Shown: positions 1 through 8,349 of the stretch, piece by piece
How positions within the stretch are numbered: position 1 is the stretch's first letter
Layout of the letters: every line of letters starts with the position of its first letter
NCBI GenBank assembly: GCA_963831755.1
Contig: CAWHRC010000010.1
Span: 4,785-68,784 of the forward strand
DNA: 64,000 nt
Source: an uncultured Acidobacteriota bacterium
GTDB lineage: Bacteria; Acidobacteriota; Vicinamibacteria; Fen-336
Direction of reading: 5' to 3'
The notes under the pieces: generated by a model
The model's input: only the letters and a program-made list of their open reading frames with translations
Databases searched by the model: none
Told to the model about the DNA's origin: nothing
Made by a program: the position numbers and the translations under genes

Positions 1-581
1 TGGCGGCCTCCACCGACCAGGTGCTGACCGTGCTGGCTGCCGCCGGCAAGGACGTGATCCTGGTCGAGACCGTCGGCGTGGGGCAGGACGAGGTCGAGAT
101 CGTCGGCACCGCCGACGTCAGCCTGGTCGTGCTCGTGCCGGGGCTCGGCGACGAGGTGCAGGCGCTGAAGGCGGGGATCATGGAGATCGCGGACGTGTTC
201 GTCGTGAACAAGGCCGACCGGGAGGGGGTCGAGCGCCTGGTGGGCGAGATCGAGTCGATGCTGATGATGGCCGCGGGCGGCGAGCCGCCGCCCGCGATCG
301 TCAGGACCACGGCCACGCTCGACGAGGGCACGGGCGGGCTGCTCGAGGCGATCTTCGCCTTCCGGGAGCGGGCGCTGGCCAGCGGTGCGCTGGCGCGCAA
401 GCGGCGGGCGCAGCTGCTGCGGCAGCTCGAGGACGCCGTGCGCCAGAGGGTGATGGGCCACGTCCGGCAGCAGGTGCTGACCCCCGCCGAGCGGGAGGCG
501 ATGGTCGAGCGGCTCGCGGCTCGCGAGGTCGACCCGTTCACCGCGGCGGACGAGGTCGTACGCAGGCTGGGGCTCGCGTGA
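1..581 (+). CDS. meaB: Methylmalonyl-CoA mutase-associated GTPase MeaB/ArgK (5' truncated by window)
   Basis: VILVETVGVGQDE, GDEVQALKAGIMEIADVFVVNKAD motifs; directly upstream of mce with GTGA overlap. Confidence 0.92.
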   Translation, partial: AASTDQVLTVLAAAGKDVILVETVGVGQDEVEIVGTADVSLVVLVPGLGDEVQALKAGIMEIADVFVVNKADREGVERLVGEIESMLMMAAGGEPPPAIVRTTATLDEGTGGLLEAIFAFRERALASGALARKRRAQLLRQLEDAVRQRVMGHVRQQVLTPAEREAMVERLAAREVDPFTAADEVVRRLGLA

Positions 582-994
582 AGCCGCTGCGCATCGACCA
601 CCTGGGGATCGCGGTGCCCCGCCTGGACGAGGCCGTGGCCGCCTACGAGGCGCTGGGGTTCCGCGTCGAGGCGCGCCACGACGTCGCGACGGAAAAGGTC
701 CGCACGGCGTTCCTGCCGGTGGGGGAGTCCCACCTGGAGCTGCTCGAGCCGACGGACCCGTCGTCGACGATCGCGCGCTTCCTCGCGAAGCGCTCCGGCC
801 TGCACCACGTGTGCGTGCTGGTGGACGACCTCGCTGCGGCCCTGGCGGAGCTGAAGGCCCGTGGCGTCCCGCTGATCGACGAGGCGCCCCGCATCGGGGC
901 CGGCGGCTGCCGCGTCGCCTTCGTCCACCCGAGGGGCGCGGCCGGCGTGCTGCTGGAGCTGAAGGAGGCGCCGCGAGGCCGACCCGGACCCTAG
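578..994 (+). CDS. mce: Methylmalonyl-CoA epimerase (VOC fold)
   Basis: IDHLGIAV, ELLEP, GLHHVC and GVLLELKE metal-ligand motifs; coupled to meaB. Confidence 0.9.
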   Translation: MKPLRIDHLGIAVPRLDEAVAAYEALGFRVEARHDVATEKVRTAFLPVGESHLELLEPTDPSSTIARFLAKRSGLHHVCVLVDDLAAALAELKARGVPLIDEAPRIGAGGCRVAFVHPRGAAGVLLELKEAPRGRPGP

Positions 995-1054
995 GTCGGC
1001 TCGTCCGCCGCCGCCCCGCGCCGACAGCAGCGTCTCATCGGCCGGAGGTTTGCT

Positions 1055-1063
1055 GCTACGATC
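1055..1063 (+). promoter_or_regulatory. Extended -10 element (TGC-TACGAT) for mtnP-pfkB
   Basis: TGnTACGAT about 60 bp upstream of the mtnP ATG; SD-like AGGAGAG at 1114-1120. Confidence 0.4.
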
Positions 1064-1124
1064 GCCGGTCGGCCGCCCGGATCACACGGCACGTGCAGGT
1101 CGAGCGGCCCGACAGGAGAGGCGG

Positions 1125-1991
1125 ATGAGCGAGCAGGCGCAGATCGGAATCATCGGCGGCACCGGCCTCTACCAGATGGAAGGGTTCACGGACGTCCGCG
1201 AGGTCGCGCTCGAGACCCCGTTCGGCAGCCCCTCCGACGCGCTGATGGTCGGCATGCTCGAGGGCTGCCGTGTGGCCTTCCTGCCGCGCCACGCTCGCGG
1301 CCACCGGATCCTGCCCCACGAGCTCAACTTCCGCGCCAACGTCTTCGCGATGAAGCTGCTCGGCGTCGAGTGGATCCTCTCGGTCTCGGCCGTGGGCTCG
1401 CTGAAGGTGCAATACGCGCCGCAGCACGTGGTCGTGCCCGACCAGTTCATCGACCGCACGCGTCGGCGGGAGTCCACCTTCTTCGGGCGCGGGCTGGTGG
1501 CCCACGTGGCCTTCGCGCACCCCTTCTGCCGGCCGCTCTCGGAGGTGATGGCCGCCGCGTGCCAGGAGGCGGGCGCCACCTACCACGTGGGCGGGACCTA
1601 CGTGTGCATGGAGGGCCCGCAGTTCTCGACCCGGGCCGAGTCAGAGCTGTACCGCTCCTGGGGCGCCGACCTGATCGGGATGACGAACCTGCAGGAGGCC
1701 AAGCTCGCGCGCGAGGCCGAGATCTGCTACTCGACCCTGGCGATGGTGACCGACTACGACTGCTGGCACCCCGAGCACGACGCGGTCACCGCCGAGCAGA
1801 TCATCGGCAACCTCGCCAGGAACGCCGCGACCGCGCGCGCGGTCCTGCGCGCGGCCGTGCGGCGGCTGCCGATCGCCCGTGACTGCGAGTGCGCGAGCGC
1901 CCTGAAGTTCGCGCTGGTCACGCCGGCCGAGCTGGTGCCGCCGGAGCTCAAGCGGGAGCTGGCGCCGATCGTCGGCCGCTACCTGAAGTAG
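1125..1991 (+). CDS. mtnP: S-methyl-5'-thioadenosine phosphorylase
   Basis: IGIIGGTGLY, LPRHARGH, EGPQFSTRAES, GMTNLQEAKLAREAEICY, VTDYDCWH; start reassigned to ATG 1125 after the RBS. Confidence 0.93.
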   Translation: MSEQAQIGIIGGTGLYQMEGFTDVREVALETPFGSPSDALMVGMLEGCRVAFLPRHARGHRILPHELNFRANVFAMKLLGVEWILSVSAVGSLKVQYAPQHVVVPDQFIDRTRRRESTFFGRGLVAHVAFAHPFCRPLSEVMAAACQEAGATYHVGGTYVCMEGPQFSTRAESELYRSWGADLIGMTNLQEAKLAREAEICYSTLAMVTDYDCWHPEHDAVTAEQIIGNLARNAATARAVLRAAVRRLPIARDCECASALKFALVTPAELVPPELKRELAPIVGRYLK

Positions 1992-2028
1992 GCGCAGTCC
2001 GGAGAAGACCGGGGGTCCGGGAGAGAGC

Positions 2029-2937
2029 ATGTCCATCCTCGTCGTCGGCAGCGTCGCGTACGACACCGTGGAGACGCCGTTCGGCCGCGCGGAGCGCGTG
2101 CTGGGCGGCAGCGCGTCGTTCTTCTCGGTGGCCGCGTCCTTCTTCACGCCGGTGAACCTGGTCGGTGTCGTCGGCCAGGACTTCGGCGAGGAGCAGCTGC
2201 GCGCGTTCGCCGGGCGGCCGATCGACCTCGAGGGGCTCGAGCACATGGAGGGCAAGACCTTCCACTGGCAGGGCCGGTACTCCTGGGACCTCAACTCGCG
2301 CGACACGATCTGCACGGACCTGAACGTGTTCGAGTTCTTCAAGCCGAAGATCCCGGCGCGCTACCGCGGCTCGGAGGTGGTGTTCCTGGGGAACATCGAC
2401 CCCGTGCTGCAGCGCGAGGTGCTGGACCAGGTGAGCGCGCCGCGCATCGTCGCCTGCGACACCATGAACTTCTGGATCAAGGGCAAGGCCGAGGAGCTGC
2501 GGAAGACCTTGGCCCGCACGCAGGTGCTGCTGGTGAACGACGCCGAGGCGCGCGAGCTGTCGGGGGAGTGGAACCTGGTGAAGGCCGCCCGCGCCATCCG
2601 TGCCCTCGGCCCGCGCACCGTCGTGGTGAAAAAGGGCGAGCACGGCGTGCTGATGTTCCACGAAGAGGGGTGCTTCGCCGCGCCCGCCTACCCCCTGGAG
2701 ACCGTGTTCGACCCGACCGGCGCCGGCGACACCTTCGCCGGCGGCTTCCTGGGCTACCTGGCCGGCTGTGCGGCGGTGGACGAGAGCTCGCTGCGCCGAG
2801 CGATCATCATGGGCAGCACGCTGGCCTCGTTCTGCGTGGAGGCCTTCAGCCTGGACCGGCTGCTCTCGCTGTCGCGGCCCGAGATCGACGCGCGCTTCCA
2901 GCGGTTCAGGCGCCTGACCAGCTTCGAGAGTGTGTAG
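2029..2937 (+). CDS. PfkB/ribokinase-family kinase
   Basis: VVGSVAYD...LGGSASF N-terminus; DPTGAGDTFAGG PfkB signature. Confidence 0.88.
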   Translation: MSILVVGSVAYDTVETPFGRAERVLGGSASFFSVAASFFTPVNLVGVVGQDFGEEQLRAFAGRPIDLEGLEHMEGKTFHWQGRYSWDLNSRDTICTDLNVFEFFKPKIPARYRGSEVVFLGNIDPVLQREVLDQVSAPRIVACDTMNFWIKGKAEELRKTLARTQVLLVNDAEARELSGEWNLVKAARAIRALGPRTVVVKKGEHGVLMFHEEGCFAAPAYPLETVFDPTGAGDTFAGGFLGYLAGCAAVDESSLRRAIIMGSTLASFCVEAFSLDRLLSLSRPEIDARFQRFRRLTSFESV

Positions 2938-3315
2938 CTACTCGCTCGCCTGCTCGAGCATCGTCTTGACGATCGTCAGCAGCTTGTTCGCGGTGAAGGG
3001 CTTGTTGATGTACATGACCGCGCCCGCCTCGAAGCCCTCGGCCAGCGCGTCGCCGCCGCCCTTGGCCGTCAGGAAGATCACGGGCAGCGAGCGCGTGCGC
3101 GCGTCCTGCTTGATCTGACGGCAGACCTCGAAGCCGTCCTTGTCGGGCATCATGACGTCGAGCAGCACCAGGTCGAACGACTGCTGCTTCAGCAGCCGCA
3201 GCGCTTCCTCCCCGCCCCCGGCCGTGGTGACGGCGAAGCCTTTCTGCTCGAGGATCGTGCGCTCGAGGCTCAGGATGTTCTCGTCGTCGTCCACGACCAG
3301 GATTCTCTTCGGCAT
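2938..3315 (-). CDS. Single-domain response regulator (receiver, CheY-like)
   Basis: RILVVDDD, LVLLDVMMP (phospho-Asp), FLTA, INKPF; GGAGG SD 5 nt before ATG 3315. Confidence 0.88.
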   Translation of the reverse strand: MPKRILVVDDDENILSLERTILEQKGFAVTTAGGGEEALRLLKQQSFDLVLLDVMMPDKDGFEVCRQIKQDARTRSLPVIFLTAKGGGDALAEGFEAGAVMYINKPFTANKLLTIVKTMLEQASE

Positions 3316-3795
3316 CGCCTCCTCCCGGGGGGAGTGCGCTGTCTGCGGTGGGCGGGATTCTAGCAGGGGCACCGCCGGAGCCGAAAGCGGCGCGGGCTCG
3401 CCGAGGCCGGCGAGGATCGACTCCATCTCCCACAGGAAGAAGCGCACCGTGGCGGGCCGGGGGCGGATCTGCACGAGCGCGCGGGCCGCGGCCAGCAGCG
3501 CGCGAGCGGCGGCGGCCCCGGGCTCCTCGCCGGCCGTGCGCCGGCGATCGAGCCAGCCCCGCACCAGGTTCTCGTCGCCGTCGTCCCAATCGCCTTCGAT
3601 CGCCGAGAAGACGCGGCGGGCGAGCCTCCGCTCCACGGGGGTCGGGGCCAGGTCGCGGGCCGGCGCGAGCCCGTCGGCGACCGCCGCCAGCGAGCCGAGC
3701 CGCGCGGCGACCAGCGCGACATACCTGCGGGAGTCGCCAGGCTCGACCCGCGCGAGCGCGCGCCGCGCGAGAGGCAGGAGCTCGTTCACGAGCAC
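3316..3795 (-). CDS. Hypothetical helical protein segment, in frame with the downstream receiver gene
   Basis: Protein-like helical sequence (LVNELLPLARRAL...RFFLWEMESILAGL) from GTG 3795; no stop before the receiver ATG. Confidence 0.4.
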
Positions 3796-3812
3796 GACGG
3801 TCGCGAACCGCC

Positions 3813-4427
3813 CTACGGCAACGTGAGTGACCCGCACGCCCCGTTCGAGGCGCAGGCGCGGAACGTTCCCGCGCCGTAGGCGTAGACCTGGAACTGGTTC
3901 GTGGGGTGGTTGACGCAGGAGGTCACCGCGCCCGAGCCGTCGCACGGACGGCCGTCGACGCTCCAGGTCGGGCCCACGCGGCCCGTGTCCGACGCCCGGC
4001 CGACACGCGCCGCCTCGCAGGCCACGCGCTCGGGGTTGCCCTCCGGCCGAACGGGGCAGTACGCCCGCCCGTCGGTGTAGCCGATCTCCCGGCAGTAGGC
4101 CACGTCGGGCCCGACGAGCGGGGTCGAATCGAGCAGCAGGCGGTCCCCCGTACCGCCGTGCACCTTGATGGCGATGGAGGAGATCGGCGGCGGCGCCGGC
4201 TCGCCGCAGGTTCCGCTCGCCCCGTCACCCGAGCCGGGCACGGCCGGCCACGGCTCTTCCGCCGGCTCGCTGCCCGGCGTCGGCGTCGCCGTAGGCTGCG
4301 GCGCGGGCGCCACGGGAATGAGCGAGGCCGCGTCCGGCAGCCGCTCCGAGGGTGGATCGGACGGGCGGCTTCCGCCGCACGCGCCGAGCGCGAGCAGGAG
4401 CGATAGGGCGAGCGACGTGTGTCTCAT
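3813..4427 (-). CDS. Cys-rich lipoprotein, paralog 1 of 3
   Basis: Signal peptide with lipobox LGAC, Pro/Ser/Thr linker, 8-Cys C-terminal domain aligning with the next two genes. Confidence 0.85.
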   Translation of the reverse strand: MRHTSLALSLLLALGACGGSRPSDPPSERLPDAASLIPVAPAPQPTATPTPGSEPAEEPWPAVPGSGDGASGTCGEPAPPPISSIAIKVHGGTGDRLLLDSTPLVGPDVAYCREIGYTDGRAYCPVRPEGNPERVACEAARVGRASDTGRVGPTWSVDGRPCDGSGAVTSCVNHPTNQFQVYAYGAGTFRACASNGACGSLTLP

Positions 4428-4481
4428 CGGGCCGCGCCGGGCCACGCTCACACAGAGGGCTCGTCGCTGTCAAGCGCGCGG

Positions 4482-5141
4482 CTAGCGGTCGACCTCGACC
4501 TCGCCGCAGATGCCGTTGCTGGCACAGGCCCGGAACGTGCCGCTCCGGTACGTGTTCAACAGGTACTGGTTGTCCCCGTTGTTCTCGCAGCCGCTCGCCC
4601 GCCCGGTGCAGAAGTGTCCGTCCAGATACCAGGTCGGGCCGGGCCGGTTCGTGTCCTTGGCACGCCCGATTGCATACAGCTCGCACGCCGAGCGCTGCGG
4701 GTTGCCCTCCGGCCGCACGGGGCACACGGAGCGATTGTCGGTGAACCCGATCATCCGGCAGTACTCCAGGTCGGGGCCCACGAGCGGCGTCGAGTCGAGG
4801 ATCCAGTTCTCGGTACCGCGGATGTGGACCTTCACGTCGATGATCGTGACGGGCGGCGGCAGCGGCTGTCCGCACTCACCGCTGCCCTCCCCGGTTGCGG
4901 GAGGGGGTGTCGCCTGTGCGCCGGGATCGGTCGAGGGCGAGGGCGAGGGCGACGGGCTCGCTGCCGGGCCGCCGAAGACGGGCGCCGGCACGCCGCTCGG
5001 GTCCGGCGGGTTCGACTGCGAGCTCTTCTCGGGCGCCGGCTTCGGCTCCGTGGGGTTGTGGAGGGTGCCGCAGGCCAGCGCCAGCAGGCACGCCCCGAGC
5101 GCAAGCCCCCCGCTCGTCCGACGCCCCCCAGCTCGCGTCAT
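4482..5141 (-). CDS. Cys-rich lipoprotein, paralog 2 of 3
   Basis: Lipobox ALAC, SPSPSP linker, same 8-Cys domain (LDSTPLVGPD..YCR.IG.TD.R..CPVRPEG); start may be 5150. Confidence 0.85.
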   Translation of the reverse strand: MTRAGGRRTSGGLALGACLLALACGTLHNPTEPKPAPEKSSQSNPPDPSGVPAPVFGGPAASPSPSPSPSTDPGAQATPPPATGEGSGECGQPLPPPVTIIDVKVHIRGTENWILDSTPLVGPDLEYCRMIGFTDNRSVCPVRPEGNPQRSACELYAIGRAKDTNRPGPTWYLDGHFCTGRASGCENNGDNQYLLNTYRSGTFRACASNGICGEVEVDR

Positions 5142-5204
5142 GGCTCGCACCTTCTCACGTTTCGTGTACCCCGTCTATGACGAGGCGCACGGCGCTCGAG
5201 CGGC

Positions 5205-5831
5205 CTAGCGATCGACTTCCACGACGCCGCAGACGTCGTCCTTGGTGCAGGCCTGGTAGCGGCCGCCCGCGATGGCGTAGAGCAAGTACTGGTTGTCCTC
5301 GTGATTCTGGCACTTGGTGCCGTCGCACAGAGCGCCGTTGAAGTACCAGGTCGGGCCCGGCCGCTTCGTGTCCTCCGCGTAGCCGATCGCGTACTCCTCG
5401 CAGGCGCTGCGGTCGCTGGACCCTTCGGTGCGCACGGGGCAGTACAGGCGGCCGTCCGTGAAACCGATCTGGCGGCAATAGGCCCCGTCGGGTCCGATGA
5501 GCGGCGTGCTGTCGAGGACCCAGCGGTTCGCCCCCCGTATGTGGACCTTCGCGGCCATCTGCGTGACCGGGGGCGGGAGCGGGTTACCGCACTTGCCGAA
5601 GGTCCCGGGGGACGCGCTCGGGGAAGGCGTGGGAGTGGCCGCCGGGCTCGGAGTAGGGGTGGCGGCCGGCTTCGGTGTCGGGGTGGCGCCCGGGATCGCC
5701 GGGATCGGAATCGTCAGGAGCCCCTGGCTCGGGGTCGCCTTGGTCGGCTGCGTCGGCAGCTCTTCCGTGATCGTGTGACACCCGATCAGGAGCAGGGTTG
5801 CTGCCGCCGGGATGAGGCTCACTTTGCCCAT
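5205..5831 (-). CDS. Cys-rich lipoprotein, paralog 3 of 3
   Basis: Lipobox LIGC, ATPTPSP repeats, same 8-Cys domain. Confidence 0.85.
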   Translation of the reverse strand: MGKVSLIPAAATLLLIGCHTITEELPTQPTKATPSQGLLTIPIPAIPGATPTPKPAATPTPSPAATPTPSPSASPGTFGKCGNPLPPPVTQMAAKVHIRGANRWVLDSTPLIGPDGAYCRQIGFTDGRLYCPVRTEGSSDRSACEEYAIGYAEDTKRPGPTWYFNGALCDGTKCQNHEDNQYLLYAIAGGRYQACTKDDVCGVVEVDR

Positions 5832-5886
5832 TGCGGTCCCTTCCCTAGAATTCGTATGAGACGATCACATATAACTATTCATCCTG

Positions 5887-7041
5887 TCAACCTTTTTTGT
5901 TGTCAAACAGTCTCCGGGCCACGACTGTCGCCGCTCGCGCGGAGGCGCCCGGCGCACCGAGTCTCGCCCGCACCTCGCAGAGCCCGTCGGTGACCTGGGC
6001 GCGATACGCATCGTCACCCATCAGCCGCAGGGCCTCCGCCGCCACAGTCTCCGGCTGAAAGTGTCGTTGAATCAGCTCTTTGACGATTGCCCTGTCGGCG
6101 ATGAGGTTTGTCATGGCGTAGTGCGGCACGCGGACGAAGGGTCGCCCGAGGGCGTAGGTCAGCGGCGACACCCGGTAGACGACGACCATTGGCAGGCCGA
6201 GCAGGGCGGCCTCGACGGTGGCCGTGCCGGAAGCCACGATGCCGGCAACCGCGCAGCTCATCAGGGAGTGCGTCTGCCCCGCGATCCGAGTGGCGGGCAG
6301 GTCGTTGAGGAGGCGATCGAAGAGTCCGCTGTCCAGGCCCGGGGCGACCGCCAGCGCGGGCTGGACATCCGGTCGGCGCGCCACGACCAATCGGAGCGCG
6401 GCCGCGAGCGGCGGGAGGTTGTGAGCCACCTCCTGCGGCCGGCTGCCCGGCAGCACGGCGAGCACGGGCCGGGCCGCGTCGAGCCCGCACGAGGCGAGGA
6501 ACGCCGTGCGGTCGCTGGCCGGCCGGACGATGTCGACCAGGGGGTGGCCGACGAACGTCACGTCCACGCCCGCCTCGCGATAGAGCGCCTCCTCGAACGG
6601 GAAGATCACGATCATGTGATCGACGGTTTCCCGGATCGCCCGCAGGCGGCCGCGACGCCACGCCCAGACCTGTGGCGAGACGTAGTACACGACCGGCACC
6701 GCGCGCCGGCGGAGCTCCTTGGCGAGCCGCAGGTTGAAGTCCGGGTAGTCGACGAGCACGGCCAGCGCGGGTCGTTCGCGGTCGACCTCGTCCAGCACCG
6801 AGCGGAAGACGCCCCGCAGGCGTCGGAGATGACGCAGCACCTCGACCAGGCCGACGACCGCGAGGTCGCGCGTGTGAGCCACCAGGCGGACGCCCTGCTC
6901 CTGCAGCCGGTCGCCCCCGAGACCGAAGGCTTCGAACGGCGACCCCCGCAGGTGGAGGTGGCGGACGAGCTCCGAGGCGTACAGGTCGCCGGAGGCTTCG
7001 CCGCACGAGACGAGCAGGCGCGCAGCGCCCGGGACGCTCAC
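5887..7041 (-). CDS. lpxB: Lipid-A-disaccharide synthase
   Basis: SCGEASGDL, VDYPDFNLRL, YYVSPQVWAWR, FVGHPL, LPGSR, SGTATVEAAL; start placed at GTG 7041, 7 nt after TATACT. Confidence 0.93.
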   Translation of the reverse strand: MSVPGAARLLVSCGEASGDLYASELVRHLHLRGSPFEAFGLGGDRLQEQGVRLVAHTRDLAVVGLVEVLRHLRRLRGVFRSVLDEVDRERPALAVLVDYPDFNLRLAKELRRRAVPVVYYVSPQVWAWRRGRLRAIRETVDHMIVIFPFEEALYREAGVDVTFVGHPLVDIVRPASDRTAFLASCGLDAARPVLAVLPGSRPQEVAHNLPPLAAALRLVVARRPDVQPALAVAPGLDSGLFDRLLNDLPATRIAGQTHSLMSCAVAGIVASGTATVEAALLGLPMVVVYRVSPLTYALGRPFVRVPHYAMTNLIADRAIVKELIQRHFQPETVAAEALRLMGDDAYRAQVTDGLCEVRARLGAPGASARAATVVARRLFDNKKG

Positions 7042-7176
7042 GGGTCGGAGTATAGGCGACACCCGCCGGCGACGGCCTGTCCCCCGGAGATGACGGCGAC
7101 TCCTCGGGCGCGGCCGGAGCTTGGCGGCAATTGACGGAATCGGCTAGAGTTGTGGTGCCGTGACTCCGAAGCTGCA

Positions 7177-7192
7177 CGGCACGTCACTTGCA
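7177..7192 (+). promoter_or_regulatory. Sigma54 -24/-12 promoter for the PEGA-domain gene
   Basis: CGGCACG-TCAC-TTGCA matches YGGCACG-N4-TTGCW; 31 bp upstream of ATG 7224, SD GGAGG in between. Confidence 0.7.
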
Positions 7193-7223
7193 GAGGTCAC
7201 CGGCGGCTAGGACGGAGGCGACC

Positions 7224-8268
7224 ATGAAGTCCGTGATGCCGATTCTGGCGGGAAGCCTTGCGCTCGTGCTCGCGCCACTCGCGTTCGCGCAGGACCACGC
7301 CGTCCCGCGGGGGGGCGGCGGGGGCGGGAGTTCTTCGGGCGGTGGCGGCGGACACCCTGTCGCCAGCTCGGGCGGTTCGAGCTCGGGCGGCAGCAGTTAC
7401 TCCGGGGGCACCTCGAGCTCCGGCTCCAGCTCCGGCAGCTCGGCCACCACGGCCGAGCGGCGGCACCCGCGTGCCGGGTCGGGCCGCGGTAGCCGGGGAG
7501 GCAGCGGCGGCTACTACGGCTATCCGGGCTACTACCCGGGCTACGACGGCTGGTACTACCCCGGCTGGTACGGCAGCTACTGGTGGCCCTACGGCTCGTA
7601 CGGCTGGTACGGCGGCTACTGGGGCTCTCCCTATGGCGGCTGGGGCGGGGGCGGCTGGGGTGGCGGCACCATGTACCACTACGTCCAGCGCGAGATCGGG
7701 CGCGGTGCGCGTGCTCGTCGATCCCTCCGAGGCCCGCGTCTACGTGGACGGCTACTACGCCGGCATCGTGGACGACTACGACGGGCTGTTCCAGCGCCTC
7801 AACGTCGCGCCGGGCCGCCACGAGATCACGCTCAAGCTGGAGGGCTACCAGACGCACCGCATGAAGGTCTACGTCGCGCCCAACGGCACGCTGAAGCTGC
7901 ACTACACCATGCAGAAGGGCACGGGCGAGACCGTCGAGGACCTCGTCGGCAACGCTCCCGAGGCGCGTGGCGAGCGCGACCGCGGCGACGAGCGCTGGAG
8001 CGCCCGCGAGCGGCAGGACAGGGACGAGCTGAGTGTGGCCGGCAGCGCCGGCAAGCTCAAGCTGGAGGTTCGTCCTGGCGACGCGTCCGTGTACGTGGAC
8101 GGTGCCTTCCGTGGCACCGGTCGCGAGGCTTCCACCCTGCAGCTTCCGGCCGGCCGGCACCGCATCGAGGTCGTCCGGCCGGGCTACCGCACGATCGAGC
8201 GCGACGTCGAGGTCACGCCCGGCGAGACGACGGACCTCACGGTCGACCTGGAGAAGTCCTCGAGCTGA
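7224..8268 (+). CDS. Secreted protein with Gly/Ser and Gly/Tyr/Trp low-complexity region and two PEGA domains (frameshift near 7700)
   Basis: Signal peptide ending AFA-Q; V.V.P..A.VYVDG repeats twice with GRHEITL and GRHRIEV..PGY. Confidence 0.8.
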
Positions 8269-8309
8269 GACACGACGCTCGCGCGACGCGCGGGCCGATT
8301 CGGACGCAG

Positions 8310-8335
8310 ATGGGGGTGCCGCGAGGCACCCCCAT
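8310..8335. repeat. Perfect 11-bp inverted repeat between convergent genes (REP-like element or terminator)
   Basis: ATGGGGGTGCC-GCGA-GGCACCCCCAT; the stem core matches the hairpin at 28745-28770. Confidence 0.75.
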
Positions 8336-8349
8336 TCCCTTCCCGTGGG

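Noticed and set aside
5862-5869. Complete CRP site upstream of lipoprotein paralog 3
   Set aside because: Only the TGTGA half-site is good; the partner TCATA is imperfect and at 5-nt instead of 6-nt spacing.
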